In this document: in pieces, positions 39,722-55,800 of the stretch
Position numbering within the stretch: the stretch's first letter is position 1
Layout: each line of letters opens with the position of its first letter
Assembly: GCA_964057225.1 (NCBI GenBank)
Contig: OZ059899.1
Location: 9,982,001 to 10,046,000 of the forward strand
Direction of reading: 5' to 3'
Origin: Auanema rhodensis
Taxonomy: Eukaryota; Animalia; Nematoda
DNA: 64,000 nt
The notes under the pieces: model-generated
Told to the model about the DNA's origin: nothing
Seen by the model: the letters and a program-made list of their open reading frames with translations, nothing else
The model's database searches: none
Position numbers and translations under genes: made by a program

Positions 39722-42700
39722 GAGTTTTATGTAATCGTAGAAAAATCAGGATCAGTCTGTTCTGTTGGAGAACTGTAAGACATAAAATTTCAATCTAATA
39801 GGCTCTTCATCGAAGTAAATGTATAAGTTAAAATTGGATATCTAACAATCTTTTCATTTTGTTTATTATTGTTTGTTTTAAAATAGAAAAAACTAGTTCT
39901 TTTCGTTCTAATTTCCATCCAAAATGCTTTCGAAATTTCTATCCAATATGCTTTTATATCAAACGAGAGTTTTATGTAATCATAGAGCAATCAGGATCAG
40001 TCTGTTCTGTTGGAGAACTGTAAGACATAAAATTTCAAACTAATAGGCTCTTTATCGAAGTAAATGTATAAGTTTAAATTGGATATCTAACAATCTTTTT
40101 CATTTTATTTCTTATTGTTTGTTTTAAAGTAGGAAAAACTAGTTCTTTTCTTTCTAATTTCCATCCCAAATGCTTTCGAATTCCAGAAAAAAATATATAC
40201 TGCCTTGTTCAACTAAGATTTCAGAAACTCTTATGAAAAAAAACTAAGACTATTGTGATGAGAGAAATTAAGAGAAAAACTATGGAGCTGACATTACATT
40301 TTTCTACAATATCACTAGATTCGATATCATTGATATCCTGGAAACGTTATTCCTCTCCTTTTTGTATATCAAACGAGAGTTTTATGTAATCGTAGAAAAA
40401 TCAGGATCAGTCTGTTCTGTTGGAGAACTGTAAGACATAAAATTTCAAACTAATAGGCTCTTTATCGAAGTAAATGTATAAGTTTAAATTGGATATCTAA
40501 CAATCTTTTTCATTTTATTTCTTATTGTTTGTTTTAAAGTAGGAAAAACTAGTTCTTTTCTTTCTAATTTTCATCCCAAATGCTTTCGAATTCCAGAAAA
40601 AAATATATACTGCCTTGTTCAACTAAGATTTCAGAAACTCTTATGAAAAAAAACTAAGACTATTGTGATGAGAGAAATTAAGAGAAAAACTATGGAGCTG
40701 ACATTACATTTTTCTACAATATCACTAGATTCGATATCATTGATATCCTGGAAACGTTATTCCTCTCCTTTTTGTATATCAAACGAGAGTTTTATGTAAT
40801 CGTAGAAAAATCAGGATCAGTCTGTTCTGTTGGAGAACTGTAAGACATAAAATTTCAATCTAATAGGCTCTTCATCGAAGTAAATGTATAAGTTAAAATT
40901 GGATATCTAACAATCTTTTCATTTTGTTTATTATTGTTTGTTTTAAAATAGAAAAAACTAGTTCTTTTCGTTCTAATTTCCATCCAAAATGCTTTCGAAA
41001 TTTCTATCCAATATGCTTTTATATCAAACGAGAGTTTTATGTAATCATAGAGCAATCAGGATCAGTCTGTTCTGTTGGAGAACTGTAAGACATAAAATTT
41101 CAAACTAATAGGCTCTTTATCGAAGTAAATGTATAAGTTTAAATTGGATATCTAACAATCTTTTTCATTTTATTTCTTATTGTTTGTTTTAAAGTAGGAA
41201 AAACTAGTTCTTTTCTTTCTAATTTCCATCCCAAATGCTTTCGAATTCCAGAAAAAAATATATACTGCCTTGTTCAACTAAGATTTCAGAAACTCTTATG
41301 AAAAAAAACTAAGACTATTGTGATGAGAGAAATTAAGAGAAAAACTATGGAGCTGACATTACATTTTTCTACAATATCACTAGATTCGATATCATTGATA
41401 TCCTGGAAACGTTATTCCTCTCCTTTTTGTATATCAAACGAGAGTTTTATGTAATCGTAGAAAAATCAGGATCAGTCTGTTCTGTTGGAGAACTGTAAGA
41501 CATAAAATTTCAATCTAATAGGCTCTTCATCGAAGTAAATGTATAAGTTAAAATTGGATATCTAACAATCTTTTCATTTTGTTTATTATTGTTTGTTTTA
41601 AAATAGAAAAAACTAGTTCTTTTCGTTCTAATTTCCATCCAAAATGCTTTCGAAATTTCTATCCAATATGCTTTTATATCAAACGAGAGTTTTATGTAAT
41701 CATAGAGCAATCAGGATCAGTCTGTTCTGTTGGAGAACTGTAAGACATAAAATTTCAAACTAATAGGCTCTTTATCGAAGTAAATGTATAAGTTTAAATT
41801 GGATATCTAACAATCTTTTTCATTTTATTTCTTATTGTTTGTTTTAAAGTAGGAAAAACTAGTTCTTTTCTTTCTAATTTCCATCCCAAATGCTTTCGAA
41901 TTCCAGAAAAAAATATATACTGCCTTGTTCAACTAAGATTTCAGAAACTCTTATGAAAAAAAACTAAGACTATTGTGATGAGAGAAATTAAGAGAAAAAC
42001 TATGGAGCTGACATTACATTTTTCTACAATATCACTAGATTCGATATCATTGATATCCTGGAAACGTTATTCCTCTCCTTTTTGTATATCAAACGAGAGT
42101 TTTATGTAATCGTAGAAAAATCAGGATCAGTCTGTTCTGTTGGAGAACTGTAAGACATAAAATTTCAAACTAATAGGCTCTTTATCGAAGTAAATGTATA
42201 AGTTTAAATTGGATATCTAACAATCTTTTTCATTTTATTTCTTATTGTTTGTTTTAAAGTAGGAAAAACTAGTTCTTTTCTTTCTAATTTTCATCCCAAA
42301 TGCTTTCGAATTCCAGAAAAAAATATATACTGCCTTGTTCAACTAAGATTTCAGAAACTCTTATGAAAAAAAACTAAGACTATTGTGATGAGAGAAATTA
42401 AGAGAAAAACTATGGAGCTGACATTACATTTTTCTACAATATCACTAGATTCGATATCATTGATATCCTGGAAACGTTATTCCTCTCCTTTTTGTATATC
42501 AAACGAGAGTTTTATGTAATCGTAGAAAAATCAGGATCAGTCTGTTCTGTTGGAGAACTGTAAGACATAAAATTTCAATCTAATAGGCTCTTCATCGAAG
42601 TAAATGTATAAGTTAAAATTGGATATCTAACAATCTTTTCATTTTGTTTATTATTGTTTGTTTTAAAATAGAAAAAACTAGTTCTTTTCGTTCTAATTTC

Positions 42701-43816
42701 CATCCAAAATGCTTTCGAAATTTCTATCCAATATGCTTTTATATCAAACGAGAGTTTTATGTAATCATAGAGCAATCAGGATCAGTCTGTTCTGTTGGAG
42801 AACTGTAAGACATAAAATTTCAAACTAATAGGCTCTTTATCGAAGTAAATGTATAAGTTTAAATTGGATATCTAACAATCTTTTTCATTTTATTTCTTAT
42901 TGTTTGTTTTAAAGTAGGAAAAACTAGTTCTTTTCTTTCTAATTTCCATCCCAAATGCTTTCGAATTCCAGAAAAAAATATATACTGCCTTGTTCAACTA
43001 AGATTTCAGAAACTCTTATGAAAAAAAACTAAGACTATTGTGATGAGAGAAATTAAGAGAAAAACTATGGAGCTGACATTACATTTTTCTACAATATCAC
43101 TAGATTCGATATCATTGATATCCTGGAAACGTTATTCCTCTCCTTTTTGTATATCAAACGAGAGTTTTATGTAATCGTAGAAAAATCAGGATCAGTCTGT
43201 TCTGTTGGAGAACTGTAAGACATAAAATTTCAATCTAATAGGCTCTTCATCGAAGTAAATGTATAAGTTAAAATTGGATATCTAACAATCTTTTCATTTT
43301 GTTTATTATTGTTTGTTTTAAAATAGAAAAAACTAGTTCTTTTCGTTCTAATTTCCATCCAAAATGCTTTCGAAATTTCTATCCAATATGCTTTTATATC
43401 AAACGAGAGTTTTATGTAATCATAGAGCAATCAGGATCAGTCTGTTCTGTTGGAGAACTGTAAGACATAAAATTTCAAACTAATAGGCTCTTTATCGAAG
43501 TAAATGTATAAGTTTAAATTGGATATCTAACAATCTTTTTCATTTTATTTCTTATTGTTTGTTTTAAAGTAGGAAAAACTAGTTCTTTTCTTTCTAATTT
43601 CCATCCCAAATGCTTTCGAATTCCAGAAAAAAATATATACTGCCTTGTTCAACTAAGATTTCAGAAACTCTTATGAAAAAAAACTAAGACTATTGTGATG
43701 AGAGAAATTAAGAGAAAAACTATGGAGCTGACATTACATTTTTCTACAATATCACTAGATTCGATATCATTGATATCCTGGAAACGTTATTCCTCTCCTT
43801 TTTGTATATCAAACGA
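39722..43816 (+). repeat. Local higher-order repeat, 1720 bp (S-L-L-S-L) x~2.4
   Basis: The 66-aa ORF copies at 39790/41510/43230 and 40855/42575 are 1720 apart; 1720 = 3x410 + 2x245. Confidence 0.88.
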
Positions 43817-46800
43817 GAGTTTTATGTAATCGTAGAAAAATCAGGATCAGTCTGTTCTGTTGGAGAACTGTAAGACATAAAAATTCAATCTAATAGGCTC
43901 TTCATCGAAGTAAATGTATAAGTTAAAATTGGATATCTAACAATCTTTTTCATTTTATTTCTTATTGTTTGTTTTAAAGTAGGAAAAACTAGTTCTTTTC
44001 TTTCAAATTTCCATCCAAAATGCTTTCGAAATTTCTATCCAATATGCTTTTATATCAAACGAGAGTTTTATGTAATCATAGAGAAATCAGGATCAGTCTG
44101 TTCTGTTGGAGAACTGTAAGACATAAAAATTCAATCTAATAGGCTCTTCATCGAAGTAAATGTATAAGTTTAAATTGGATATCTAACAATCTTTTTCATT
44201 TTATTTCTTATTGTTTGTTTTAAAGTAGGAAAAACTAGTTCTTTTCTTTCAAATTTCCATCCAAAATGCTTTCGAAATTTCTATCCAATATGCTTCTATA
44301 TCAAACGAGAGTTTTATGTAATCATAGAGCAATCAGGATCAGTCTGTTCTGTTGGAGAACTGTAAGACATAAAATTTCAAACTAATAGGCTCTTTATCGA
44401 AGTAAATGTATAAGTTTAAATTGGATATCTAACAATCTTTTCATTTTGTTTATTATTGTTTGTTTTAAAATAGAAAAACTAGTTCTTTTCGTTCTAATTT
44501 CCATCCAAAATGCTTTCGAAATTTCTATCCAATATGCTTTTATATCAAACGAGAGTTTTATGTAATCATAGAGCAATCAGGATCAGTCTGTTCTGTTGGA
44601 GAACTGTAAGACATAAAATTTCAAACTAATAGGCTCTTTATCGAAGTAAATGTATAAGTTTAAATTGGATATCTAACAATCTTTTCATTTTGTTTATTAT
44701 TGTTTGTTTTAAAATAGAAAAACTAGTTCTTTTCGTTCTAATTTCCATCCAAAATGCTTTCGAAATTTCTATCCAATATGCTTTTATATCAAACGAGAGT
44801 TTTATGTAATCATAGAGCAATCAGGATCAGTCTGTTCTGTTGGAGAACTGTAAGACATAAAATTTCAAACTAATAGGCTCTTTATCGAAGTAAATGTATA
44901 AGTTTAAATTGGATATCTAACAATCTTTTAATTTTGTTTATTATTGTTTGTTTTAAAATAGAAAAAACTAGTTCTTTTCGTTCTAATTTCCATCCAAAAT
45001 GCTTTCGAAATTTCTATCCAATATGCTTTTATATCAAACGAGAGTTTTATGTAATCATAGAGAAATCAGGATCAGTCTGTTCTGTTGGAGAACTGTAAGA
45101 CATAAAATTTCAAACTAATAGGCTCTTTATCGAAGTAAATGTATAAGTTTAAATTGGATATCTAACAATCTTTTTCATTTTATTTCTTATTGTTTGTTTT
45201 AAAGTAGGAAAAACTAGTTCTTTTCTTTCTAATTTTCATCCCAAATGCTTTCGAATTCCAGAAAAAAATATATACTGCCTTGTTCAACTAAGATTTCAGA
45301 AACTCTTATGAAAAAAAACTAAGACTATTGTGATGAGAGAAATTAAGAGAAAAACTATGGAGCTGACATTACATTTTTCTACAATATCACTAGATTCGAT
45401 ATCATTGATATCCTGGAAACGTTATTCCTCTCCTTTTTGTATATCAAACGAGAGTTTTATGTAATCGTAGAAAAATCAGGATCAGTCTGTTCTGTTGGAG
45501 AACTGTAAGACATAAAAATTCAATCTAATAGGCTCTTCATCGAAGTAAATGTATAAGTTAAAATTGGATATCTAACAATCTTTTCATTTTGTTTATTATT
45601 GTTTGTTTTAAAATAGAAAAAACTAGTTCTTTTCGTTCTAATTTCCATCCAAAATGCTTTCGAAATTTCTATCCAATATGCTTTTATATCAAACGAGAGT
45701 TTTATGTAATCATAGAGCAATCAGGATCAGTCTGTTCTGTTGGAGAACTGTAAGACATAAAATTTCAAACTAATAGGCTCTTTATCGAAGTAAATGTATA
45801 AGTTTAAATTGGATATCTAACAATCTTTTCATTTTGTTTATTATTGTTTGTTTTAAAATAGAAAAACTAGTTCTTTTCGTTCTAATTTCCATCCAAAATG
45901 CTTTCGAAATTTCTATCCAATATGCTTTTATATCAAACGAGAGTTTTATGTAATCGTAGAAAAATCAGGATCAGTCTGTTCTGTTGGAGAACTGTAAGAC
46001 ATAAAAATTCAATCTAATAGGCTCTTTATCGAAGTAAATGTATAAGTTTAAATTGGATATCTAACAATCTTTTCATTTTGTTTATTATTGTTTGTTTTAA
46101 AATAGAAAAAACTAGTTCTTTTCGTTCTAATTTCCATCCAAAATGCTTTCGAAATTTCTATCCAATATGCTTTTATATCAAACGAGAGTTTTATGTAATC
46201 ATAGAGAAATCAGGATCAGTCTGTTCTGTTGGAGAACTGTAAGACATAAAAAATCAATCTAATAGGCTCTTCATCGAAGTAAATGTATAAGTTTAAATTG
46301 GATATCTAACAATCTTTTTCATTTTATTTCTTATTGTTTGTTTTAAAGTAGGAAAAACTAGTTCTTTTCTTTCTAATTTTCATCCCAAATGCTTTCGAAT
46401 TCCAGAAAAAAATATATACTGCCTTGTTCAACTAAGATTTCAGAAACTCTTATGAAAAAAAACTAAGACTATTGTGATGAGAGAAATTAAGAGAAAAACT
46501 ATGGAGCTGACAATACATTTTTCTACAATATCACTAGATTCGATATCATTGATATCCTGGAAACGTTATTCCTCTCCTTTCTGTATATCAAACGAGAGTT
46601 TTATGTAATCGTAGAAAAATCAGGATCAGTCTGTTCTGTTGGAGAACTGTAAGACATAAAAATTCAATCTAATAGGCTCTTCATCGAAGTAAATGTATAA
46701 GTTAAAATTGGATATCTAACAATCTTTTCATTTTGTTTATTATTGTTTGTTTTAAAATAGAAAAAACTAGTTCTTTTCGTTCTAATTTCCATCCAAAATG

Positions 46801-46840
46801 CTTTCGAAATTTCTATCCAATATGCTTTTATATCAAACGA

Positions 46841-49800
46841 GAGTTTTATGTAATCATAGAGAAATCAGGATCAGTCTGTTCTGTTGGAGAACTGTAACAC
46901 ATAAAATTTCAAACTAATAGGCTCTTTATCGAAGTAAATGTATAAGTTTAAATTGGATATCTAACAATCTTTTTCATTTTATTTCTTATTGTTTGTTTTA
47001 AAGTAGGAAAAACTAGTTCTTTTCTTTCTAATTTCCATCCCAAATGCTTTCGAATTCCAGAAAAAAATATATACTGCCTTGTTCAACTAAGATTTCAGAA
47101 ACTCTTATGAAAAAAAACTAAGACTATTGTGATGAGAGAAATTAAGAGAAAAACTATGGAGCTGACATTACATTTTTCTACAATATCACTAGATTCGATA
47201 TCATTGATATCCTGGAAACGTTATTCCTCTCCTTTTTGTATATCAAACGAGAGTTTTATGTAATCGTAGAAAAATCAGGATCAGTCTGTTCTGTTGGAGA
47301 ACTGTAAGACATAAAAATTCAATCTAATAGGCTCTTCATCGAAGTAAATGTATAAGTTAAAATTGGATATCTAACAATCTTTTTCATTTTATTTCTTATT
47401 GTTTGTTTTAAAGTAGGAAAAACTAGTTCTTTTCTTTCAAATTTCCATCCAAAATGCTTTCGAAATTTCTATCCAATATGCTTTTATATCAAACGAGAGT
47501 TTTATGTAATCATAGAGCAATCAGGATCAGTCTGTTCTGTTGGAGAACTGTAAGACATAAAAAATCAATCTAATAGGCTCTTCATCGAAGTAAATGTATA
47601 AGTTTAAATTGGATATCTAACAATCTTTTTCATTTTATTTCTTATTGTTTGTTTTAAAGTAGGAAAAACTAGTTCTTTTCTTTCAAATTTCCATCCAAAA
47701 TGCTTTCGAAATTTCTATCCAATATGCTTCTATATCAAACGAGAGTTTTATGTAATCATAGAGCAATCAGGATCAGTCTGTTCTGTTGGAGAACTGTAAG
47801 ACATAAAATTTCAAACTAATAGGCTCTTTATCGAAGTAATTGTATAAGTTTAAATTGGATATCTAACAATCTTTTCATTTTGTTTATTATTGTTTGTTTT
47901 AAAATAGAAAAACTAGTTCTTTTCGTTCTAATTTCCATCCAAAATGCTTTCGAAATTTCTATCCAATATGCTTTTATATCAAACGAGAGTTTTATGTAAT
48001 CATAGAGCAATCAGGATCAGTCTGTTCTGTTGGAGAACTGTAAGACATAAAATTTCAAACTAATAGGCTCTTTATCGAAGTAAATGTATAAGTTTAAATT
48101 GGATATCTAACAATCTTTTCATTTTGTTTATTATTGTTTGTTTTAAAATAGAAAAACTAGTTCTTTTCGTTCTAATTTCCATCCAAAATGCTTTCGAAAT
48201 TTCTATCCAATATGCTTTTATATCAAACGAGAGTTTTATGTAATCATAGAGCAATCAGGATCAGTCTGTTCTGTTGGAGAACTGTAAGACATAAAATTTC
48301 AAACTAATAGGCTCTTTATCGAAGTAAATGTATAAGTTTAAATTGGATATCTAACAATCTTTTCATTTTGTTTATTATTGTTTGTTTTAAAATAGAAAAA
48401 ACTAGTTCTTTTCGTTCTAATTTCCATCCAAAATGCTTTCGAAATTTCTATCCAATATGCTTTTATATCAAACGAGAGTTTTATGTAATCATAGAGAAAT
48501 CAGGATCAGTCTGTTCTGTTGGAGAACTGTAAAACATAAAATTTCAAACTAATAGGCTCTTTATCGAAGTAAATGTATAAGTTTAAATTGGATATCTAAC
48601 AATCTTTTTCATTTTATTTCTTATTGTTTGTTTTAAAGTAGGAAAAACTAGTTCTTTTCTTTCTAATTTCCATCCCAAATGCTTTCGAATTCCAGAAAAA
48701 AATATATACTGCCTTGTTCAACTAAGATTTCAGAAACTCTTATGAAAAAAAACTAAGACTATTGTGATGAGAGAAATTAAGAGAAAAACTATGGAGCTGA
48801 CATTACATTTTTCTACAATATCACTAGATTCGATATCATTGATATCCTGGAAACGTTATTCCTCTCCTTTTTGTATATCAAACGAGAGTTTTATGTAATC
48901 GTAGAAAAATCAGGATCAGTCTGTTCTGTTGGAGAACTGTAAGACATAAAAATTCAATCTAATAGGCTCTTCATCGAAGTAAATGTATAAGTTAAAATTG
49001 GATATCTAACAATCTTTTTCATTTTATTTCTTATTGTTTGTTTTAAAGTAGGAAAAACTAGTTCTTTTCTTTCAAATTTCCATCCAAAATGCTTTCGAAA
49101 TTTCTATCCAATATGCTTTTATATCAAACGAGAGTTTTATGTAATCATAGAGCAATCAGGATCAGTCTGTTCTGTTGGAGAACTGTAAGACATAAAAAAT
49201 CAATCTAATAGGCTCTTCATCGAAGTAAATGTATAAGTTTAAATTGGATATCTAACAATCTTTTTCATTTTATTTCTTATTGTTTGTTTTAAAGTAGGAA
49301 AAACTAGTTCTTTTCTTTCAAATTTCCATCCAAAATGCTTTCGAAATTTCTATCCAATATGCTTCTATATCAAACGAGAGTTTTATGTAATCATAGAGCA
49401 ATCAGGATCAGTCTGTTCTGTTGGAGAACTGTAAGACATAAAATTTCAAACTAATAGGCTCTTTATCGAAGTAAATGTATAAGTTTAAATTGGATATCTA
49501 ACAATCTTTTCATTTTGTTTATTATTGTTTGTTTTAAAATAGAAAAACTAGTTCTTTTCGTTCTAATTTCCATCCAAAATGCTTTCGAAATTTCTATCCA
49601 ATATGCTTTTATATCAAACGAGAGTTTTATGTAATCATAGAGCAATCAGGATCAGTCTGTTCTGTTGGAGAACTGTAAGACATAAAATTTCAAACTAATA
49701 GGCTCTTTATCGAAGTAAATGTATAAGTTTAAATTGGATATCTAACAATCTTTTCATTTTGTTTATTATTGTTTGTTTTAAAATAGAAAAAACTAGTTCT

Positions 49801-49866
49801 TTTCGTTCTAATTTCCATCCAAAATGCTTTCGAAATTTCTATCCAATATGCTTTTATATCAAACGA
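46841..49866 (+). repeat. Local duplication (offset 1635 bp; L plus a run of S), specific to macro-copy 2
   Basis: The variant CATAAAAAATCAATCT is at 47556 and 49191. The order is L-SSSSS then L-SSSS. Confidence 0.8.
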
Positions 49867-52800
49867 GAGTTTTATGTAATCGTAGAAAAATCAGGATCAG
49901 TCTGTTCTGTTGGAGAACTGTAAGACATAAAATTTCAAACTAATAGGCTCTTTATCGAAATAAATGTATAAGTTTAAATTGGATATCTAACAATCTTTTT
50001 CATTTTATTTCTTATTGTTTGTTTTAAAGTAGGAAAAACTAGTTCTTTTCTTTCTAATTTCCATCCCAAATGCTTTCGAATTCCAGAAAAAAATATATAC
50101 TGCCTTGTTCAACTAAGATTTCAGAAACTCTTATGAAAAAAAACTAAGACTATTGTGATGAGAGAAATTAAGAGAAAAACTATGGAGCTGACATTACATT
50201 TTTCTACAATATCACTAGATTCGATATCATTGATGTCCTGGAAACGTTATTCCTCTCCTTTTTGTATATCAAACGAAAGTTTTATGTAATCGTAGAAAAA
50301 TCAGGATAAGTCTGTTCTGTTGGAGAACTGTAAGACATAAAAATTCAATCTAATAGGCTCTTCATCGAAGTAAATGTATAAGTTAAAATTGGATATCTAA
50401 CAATCTTTTCATTTTGTTTATTATTGTTTGTTTTAAAATAGAAAAAACTAGTTCTTTTCGTTCTAATTTCCATCCAAAATGCTTTCGAAATTTCTATCCA
50501 ATATGCTTTTATATCAAACGAGAGTTTTATGTAATCATAGAGCAATCAGGATCAGTCTGTTCTGTTGGAGAACTGTAAGACATAAAATTTCAAACTAATA
50601 GGCTCTTTATCGAAGTAAATGTATAAGTTTAAATTGGATATCTAACAATCTTTTTCATTTTATTTCTTATTGTTTGTTTTAAAGTAGAAAAAACTAGTTC
50701 TTTTCTTTCTAATTTCCATCCCAAATGCTTTCGAATTCCAGAAAAAAATATATACTGCCTTGTTCAACTAAGATTTCAGAAACTCTTATGAAAAAAAACT
50801 AAGACTATTGTGATGAGAGAAATTAAGAGAAAAACTATGGAGCTGACATTACATTTTTCTACAATATCACTAGATTCGATATCATTGATATCCTGGAAAC
50901 GTTATTCCTCTCCTTTTTGTATATCAAACGAGAGTTTTATGTAATCGTAGAAAAATCAGGATCAGTCTGTTCTGTTGGAGAACTGTAAGACATAAAATTT
51001 CAAACTAATAGGCTCTTTATCGAAGTAAATGTATAAGTTTAAATTGGATATCTAACAATCTTTTTCATTTTATTTCTTATTGTTTGTTTTAAAGTAGGAA
51101 AAACTAGTTCTTTTCTTTCTAATTTCCATCCCAAATGCTTTCGAATTCCAGAAAAAAATATATACTGCCTTGTTCAACTAAGATTTCAGAAACTCTTATG
51201 AAAAAAAACTAAGACTATTGTGATGAGAGAAATTAAGAGAAAAACTATGGAGCTGACATTACATTTTTCTACAATATCACTAGATTCGATATCATTGATT
51301 TCCTGGAAACGTTATTCCTCTCCTTTTTGTATATCAAACGAGAGTTTTATGTAATCGTAGAAAAATCAGGATCAGTCTGTTCTGTTGGAGAACTGTAAGA
51401 CATAAAAATTCAATCTAATAGGCTCTTCATCGAAGTAAATGTATAAGTTAAAATTGGATATCTAACAATCTTTTCATTTTGTTTATTATTGTTTGTTTTA
51501 AAATAGAAAAAACTAGTTCTTTTCGTTCTAATTTCCATCCAAAATGCTTTCGAAATTTCTATCCAATATGCTTTTATATCAAACGAGAGTTTTATGTAAT
51601 CATAGAGAAATCAGGATCAGTCTGTTCTGTTGGAGAACTGTAAGACATAAAATTTCAAAGTAATAGGCTCTTTATCGAAGTAAATGTATAAGTTTAAATT
51701 GGATATCTAACAATCTTTTTCATTTTATTTCTTATTGTTTGTTTTAAAGTAGGAAAAACTAGTTCTTTTCTTTCTAATTTCCATCCAAAATGCTTTCGAA
51801 ATTTCTATCCAATATGCTTTTATATCAAACGAGAGTTTTATGTAATCATAGAGAAATCAGGATCAGTCTGTTCTGTTGGAGAACTGTAAGACATAAAATT
51901 TCAAACTAATAGGCTCTTTATCGAAGTAAATGTATAAGTTTAAATTGGATATCTAACAATCTTTTTCATTTTATTTCTTATTGTTTGTTTTAAAGTAGGA
52001 AAAACTAGTTCTTTTCTTTCTAATTTCCATCCAAAATGCTTTCGAAATTTCTATCCAATATGCTTTTATATCAAACGAGAGTTTTATGTAATCATAGAGA
52101 AATCAGGATCAGTCTGTTCTGTTGGAGAACTGTAAGACATAAAATTTCAAAGTAATAGGCTCTTTATCGAAGTAAATGTATAAGTTTAAATTGGATATCT
52201 AACAATCTTTTTCATTTTATTTCTTATTGTTTGTTTTAAAGTAGGAAAAACTAGTTCTTTTCTTTCTAATTTCCATCCAAAATGCTTTCGAAATTTCTAT
52301 CCAATATGCTTTTATATCAAACGAGAGTTTTATGTAATCATAGAGAAATCAGGATCAGTCTGTTCTGTTGGAGAACTGTAAGACATAAAATTTCAAACTA
52401 ATAGGCTCTTTATCGAAGTAAATGTATAAGTTTAAATTGGATATCTAACAATCTTTTTCATTTTATTTCTTATTGTTTGTTTTAAAGTAGGAAAAACTAG
52501 TTCTTTTCTTTCTAATTTTCATCCCAAATGCTTTCGAATTCCAGAAAAAAATATATACTGCCTTGTTCAACTAAGATTTCAGAAACTCTTATGAAAAAAA
52601 ACTAAGACTATTGTGATGAGAGAAATTAAGAGAAAAACTATGGAGCTGACATTACATTTTTCTACAATATCACTAGATTCGATATCATTGATATCCTGGA
52701 AACGTTATTCCTCTCCTTTTTGTATATCAAACGAGAGTTTTATGTAATCGTAGAAAAATCAGGATCAGTCTGTTCTGTTGGAGAACTGTAAGACATAAAA

Positions 52801-55800
52801 TTTCAAACTAATAGGCTCTTTATCGAAGTAAATGTATAAGTTTAAATTGGATATCTAACAATCTTTTTCATTTTATTTCTTATTGTTTGTTTTAAAGTAG
52901 GAAAAACTAGTTCTTTTTTTTCTAATTTCCATCCCAAATGCTTTCGAATTCCAGAAAAAAATATATACTGCCTTGTTCAACTAAGATTTCAGAAACTCTT
53001 ATGAAAAAAAACTAAGACTATTGTGATGAGAGAAATTAAGAGAAAAACTATGGAGCTGACATTACATTTTTCTACAATATCACTAGATTCGATATCATTG
53101 ATTTCCTGGAAACGTTATTCCTCTCCTTTTTGTATATCAAACGAGAGTTTTATGTAATCGTAGAAAAATCAGGATCAGTCTGTTCTGTTGGAGAACTGTA
53201 AGACATAAAAATTCAATCTAATAGGCTCTTCATCGAAGTAAATGTATAAGTTAAAATTGGATATCTAACAATCTTTTCATTTTGTTTATTATTGTTTGTT
53301 TTAAAATAGAAAAAACTAGTTCTTTTCGTTCTAATTTCCATCCAAAATGCTTTCGAAATTTCTATCCAATATGCTTTTATATCAAACGAGAGTTTTATGT
53401 AATCATAGAGAAATCAGGATCAGTCTGTTCTGTTGGAGAACTGTAAGACATAAAATTTCAAACTAATAGGCTCTTTATCGAAGTAAATGTATAAGTTTAA
53501 ATTGGATATCTAACAATCTTTTTCATTTTATTTCTTATTGTTTGTTTTAAAGTAGGAAAAACTAGTTCTTTTCTTTCTAATTTTCATCCCAAATGCTTTC
53601 GAATTCCAGAAAAAAATATATACTGCCTTGTTCAACTAAGATTTCAGAAACTCTTATGGAAAAAAACTAAGACTATTGTGATGAGAGAAATTAAGAGAAA
53701 AACTATGGAGCTGACATTACATTTTTCTACAATATCACTAGATTCGATATCATTGATATCCTGGAAACGTTATTCCTCTCCTTTTTGTATATCAAACGAG
53801 AGTTTTATGTAATCGTAGAAAAATCAGGATCAGTCTGTTCTGTTGGAGAACTGTAAGACATAAAATTTCAAACTAATAGGCTCTTTATCGAAGTAAATGT
53901 ATAAGTTTAAATTGGATATCTAACAATCTTTTTCATTTTATTTCTTATTGTTTGTTTTAAAGTAGGAAAAACTAGTTCTTTTCTTTCTAATTTTCATCCC
54001 AAATGCTTTCGAATTCCAGAAAAAAATATATACTGCCTTGTTCAACTAAGATTTCAGAAACTCTTATGGAAAAAAACTAAGACTATTGTGATGAGAGAAA
54101 TTAAGAGAAAAACTATGGAGCTGACATTACATTTTTCTACAATATCACTAGATTCGATATCATTGATATCCTGGAAACGTTATTCCTCTCCTTTTTGTAT
54201 ATCAAACGAGAGTTTTATGTAATCGTAGAAAAATCAGGATCAGTCTGTTCTGTTGGAGAACTGTAAGACATAAAATTTCAAACTAATAGGCTCTTTATCG
54301 AAGTAAATGTATAAGTTTAAATTGGATATCTAACAATCTTTTTCATTTTATTTCTTATTGTTTGTTTTAAAGTAGGAAAAACTAGTTCTTTTCTTTCTAA
54401 TTTTCATCCCAAATGCTTTCGAATTCCAGAAAAAAATATATACTGCCTTGTTCAACTAAGATTTCAGAAACTCTTATGAAAAAAAACTAAGACTATTGTG
54501 ATGAGAGAAATTAAGAGAAAAACTATGGAGCTGACATTACATTTTTCTACAATATCACTAGATTCGATATCATTGATATCCTGGAAACGTTATTCCTCTC
54601 CTTTTTGTATATCAAACGAGAGTTTTATGTAATCGTAGAAAAATCAGGATCAGTCTGTTCTGTTGGAGAACTGTAAGACATAAAATTTCAAACTAATAGG
54701 CTCTTTATCGAAGTAAATGTATAAGTTTAAATTGGATATCTAACAATCTTTTTCATTTTATTTCTTATTGTTTGTTTTAAAGTAGGAAAAACTAGTTCTT
54801 TTCTTTCTAATTTCCATCCCAAATGCTTTCGAATTCCAGAAAAAAATATATACTGCCTTGTTCAACTAAGATTTCAGAAACTCTTATGAAAAAAAACTAA
54901 GACTATTGTGATGAGAGAAATTAAGAGAAAAACTATGGAGCTGACATTACATTTTTCTACAATATCACTAGATTCGATATCATTGATTTCCTGGAAACGT
55001 TATTCCTCTCCTTTTTGTATATCAAACGAGAGTTTTATGTAATCGTAGAAAAATCAGGATCAGTCTGTTCTGTTGGAGAACTGTAAGACATAAAAATTCA
55101 ATCTAATAGGCTCTTCATCGAAGTAAATGTATAAGTTAAAATTGGATATCTAACAATCTTTTCATTTTGTTTATTATTGTTTGTTTTAAAATAGAAAAAA
55201 CTAGTTCTTTTCGTTCTAATTTCCATCCAAAATGCTTTCGAAATTTCTATCCAATATGCTTTTATATCAAACGAGAGTTTTATGTAATCATAGAGAAATC
55301 AGGATCAGTCTGTTCTGTTGGAGAACTGTAAGACATAAAATTTCAAACTAATAGGCTCTTTATCGAAGTAAATGTATAAGTTTAAATTGGATATCTAACA
55401 ATCTTTTTCATTTTATTTCTTATTGTTTGTTTTAAAGTAGGAAAAACTAGTTCTTTTCTTTCTAATTTTCATCCCAAATGCTTTCGAATTCCAGAAAAAA
55501 ATATATACTGCCTTGTTCAACTAAGATTTCAGAAACTCTTATGAAAAAAAACTAAGACTATTGTGATGAGAGAAATTAAGAGAAAAACTATGGAGCTGAC
55601 ATTACATTTTTCTACAATATCACTAGATTCGATATCATTGATATCCTGGAAACGTTATTCCTCTCCTTTTTGTATATCAAACGAGAGTTTTATGTAATCG
55701 TAGAAAAATCAGGATCAGTCTGTTCTGTTGGAGAACTGTAAGACATAAAATTTCAAACTAATAGGCTCTTTATCGAAGTAAATGTATAAGTTTAAATTGG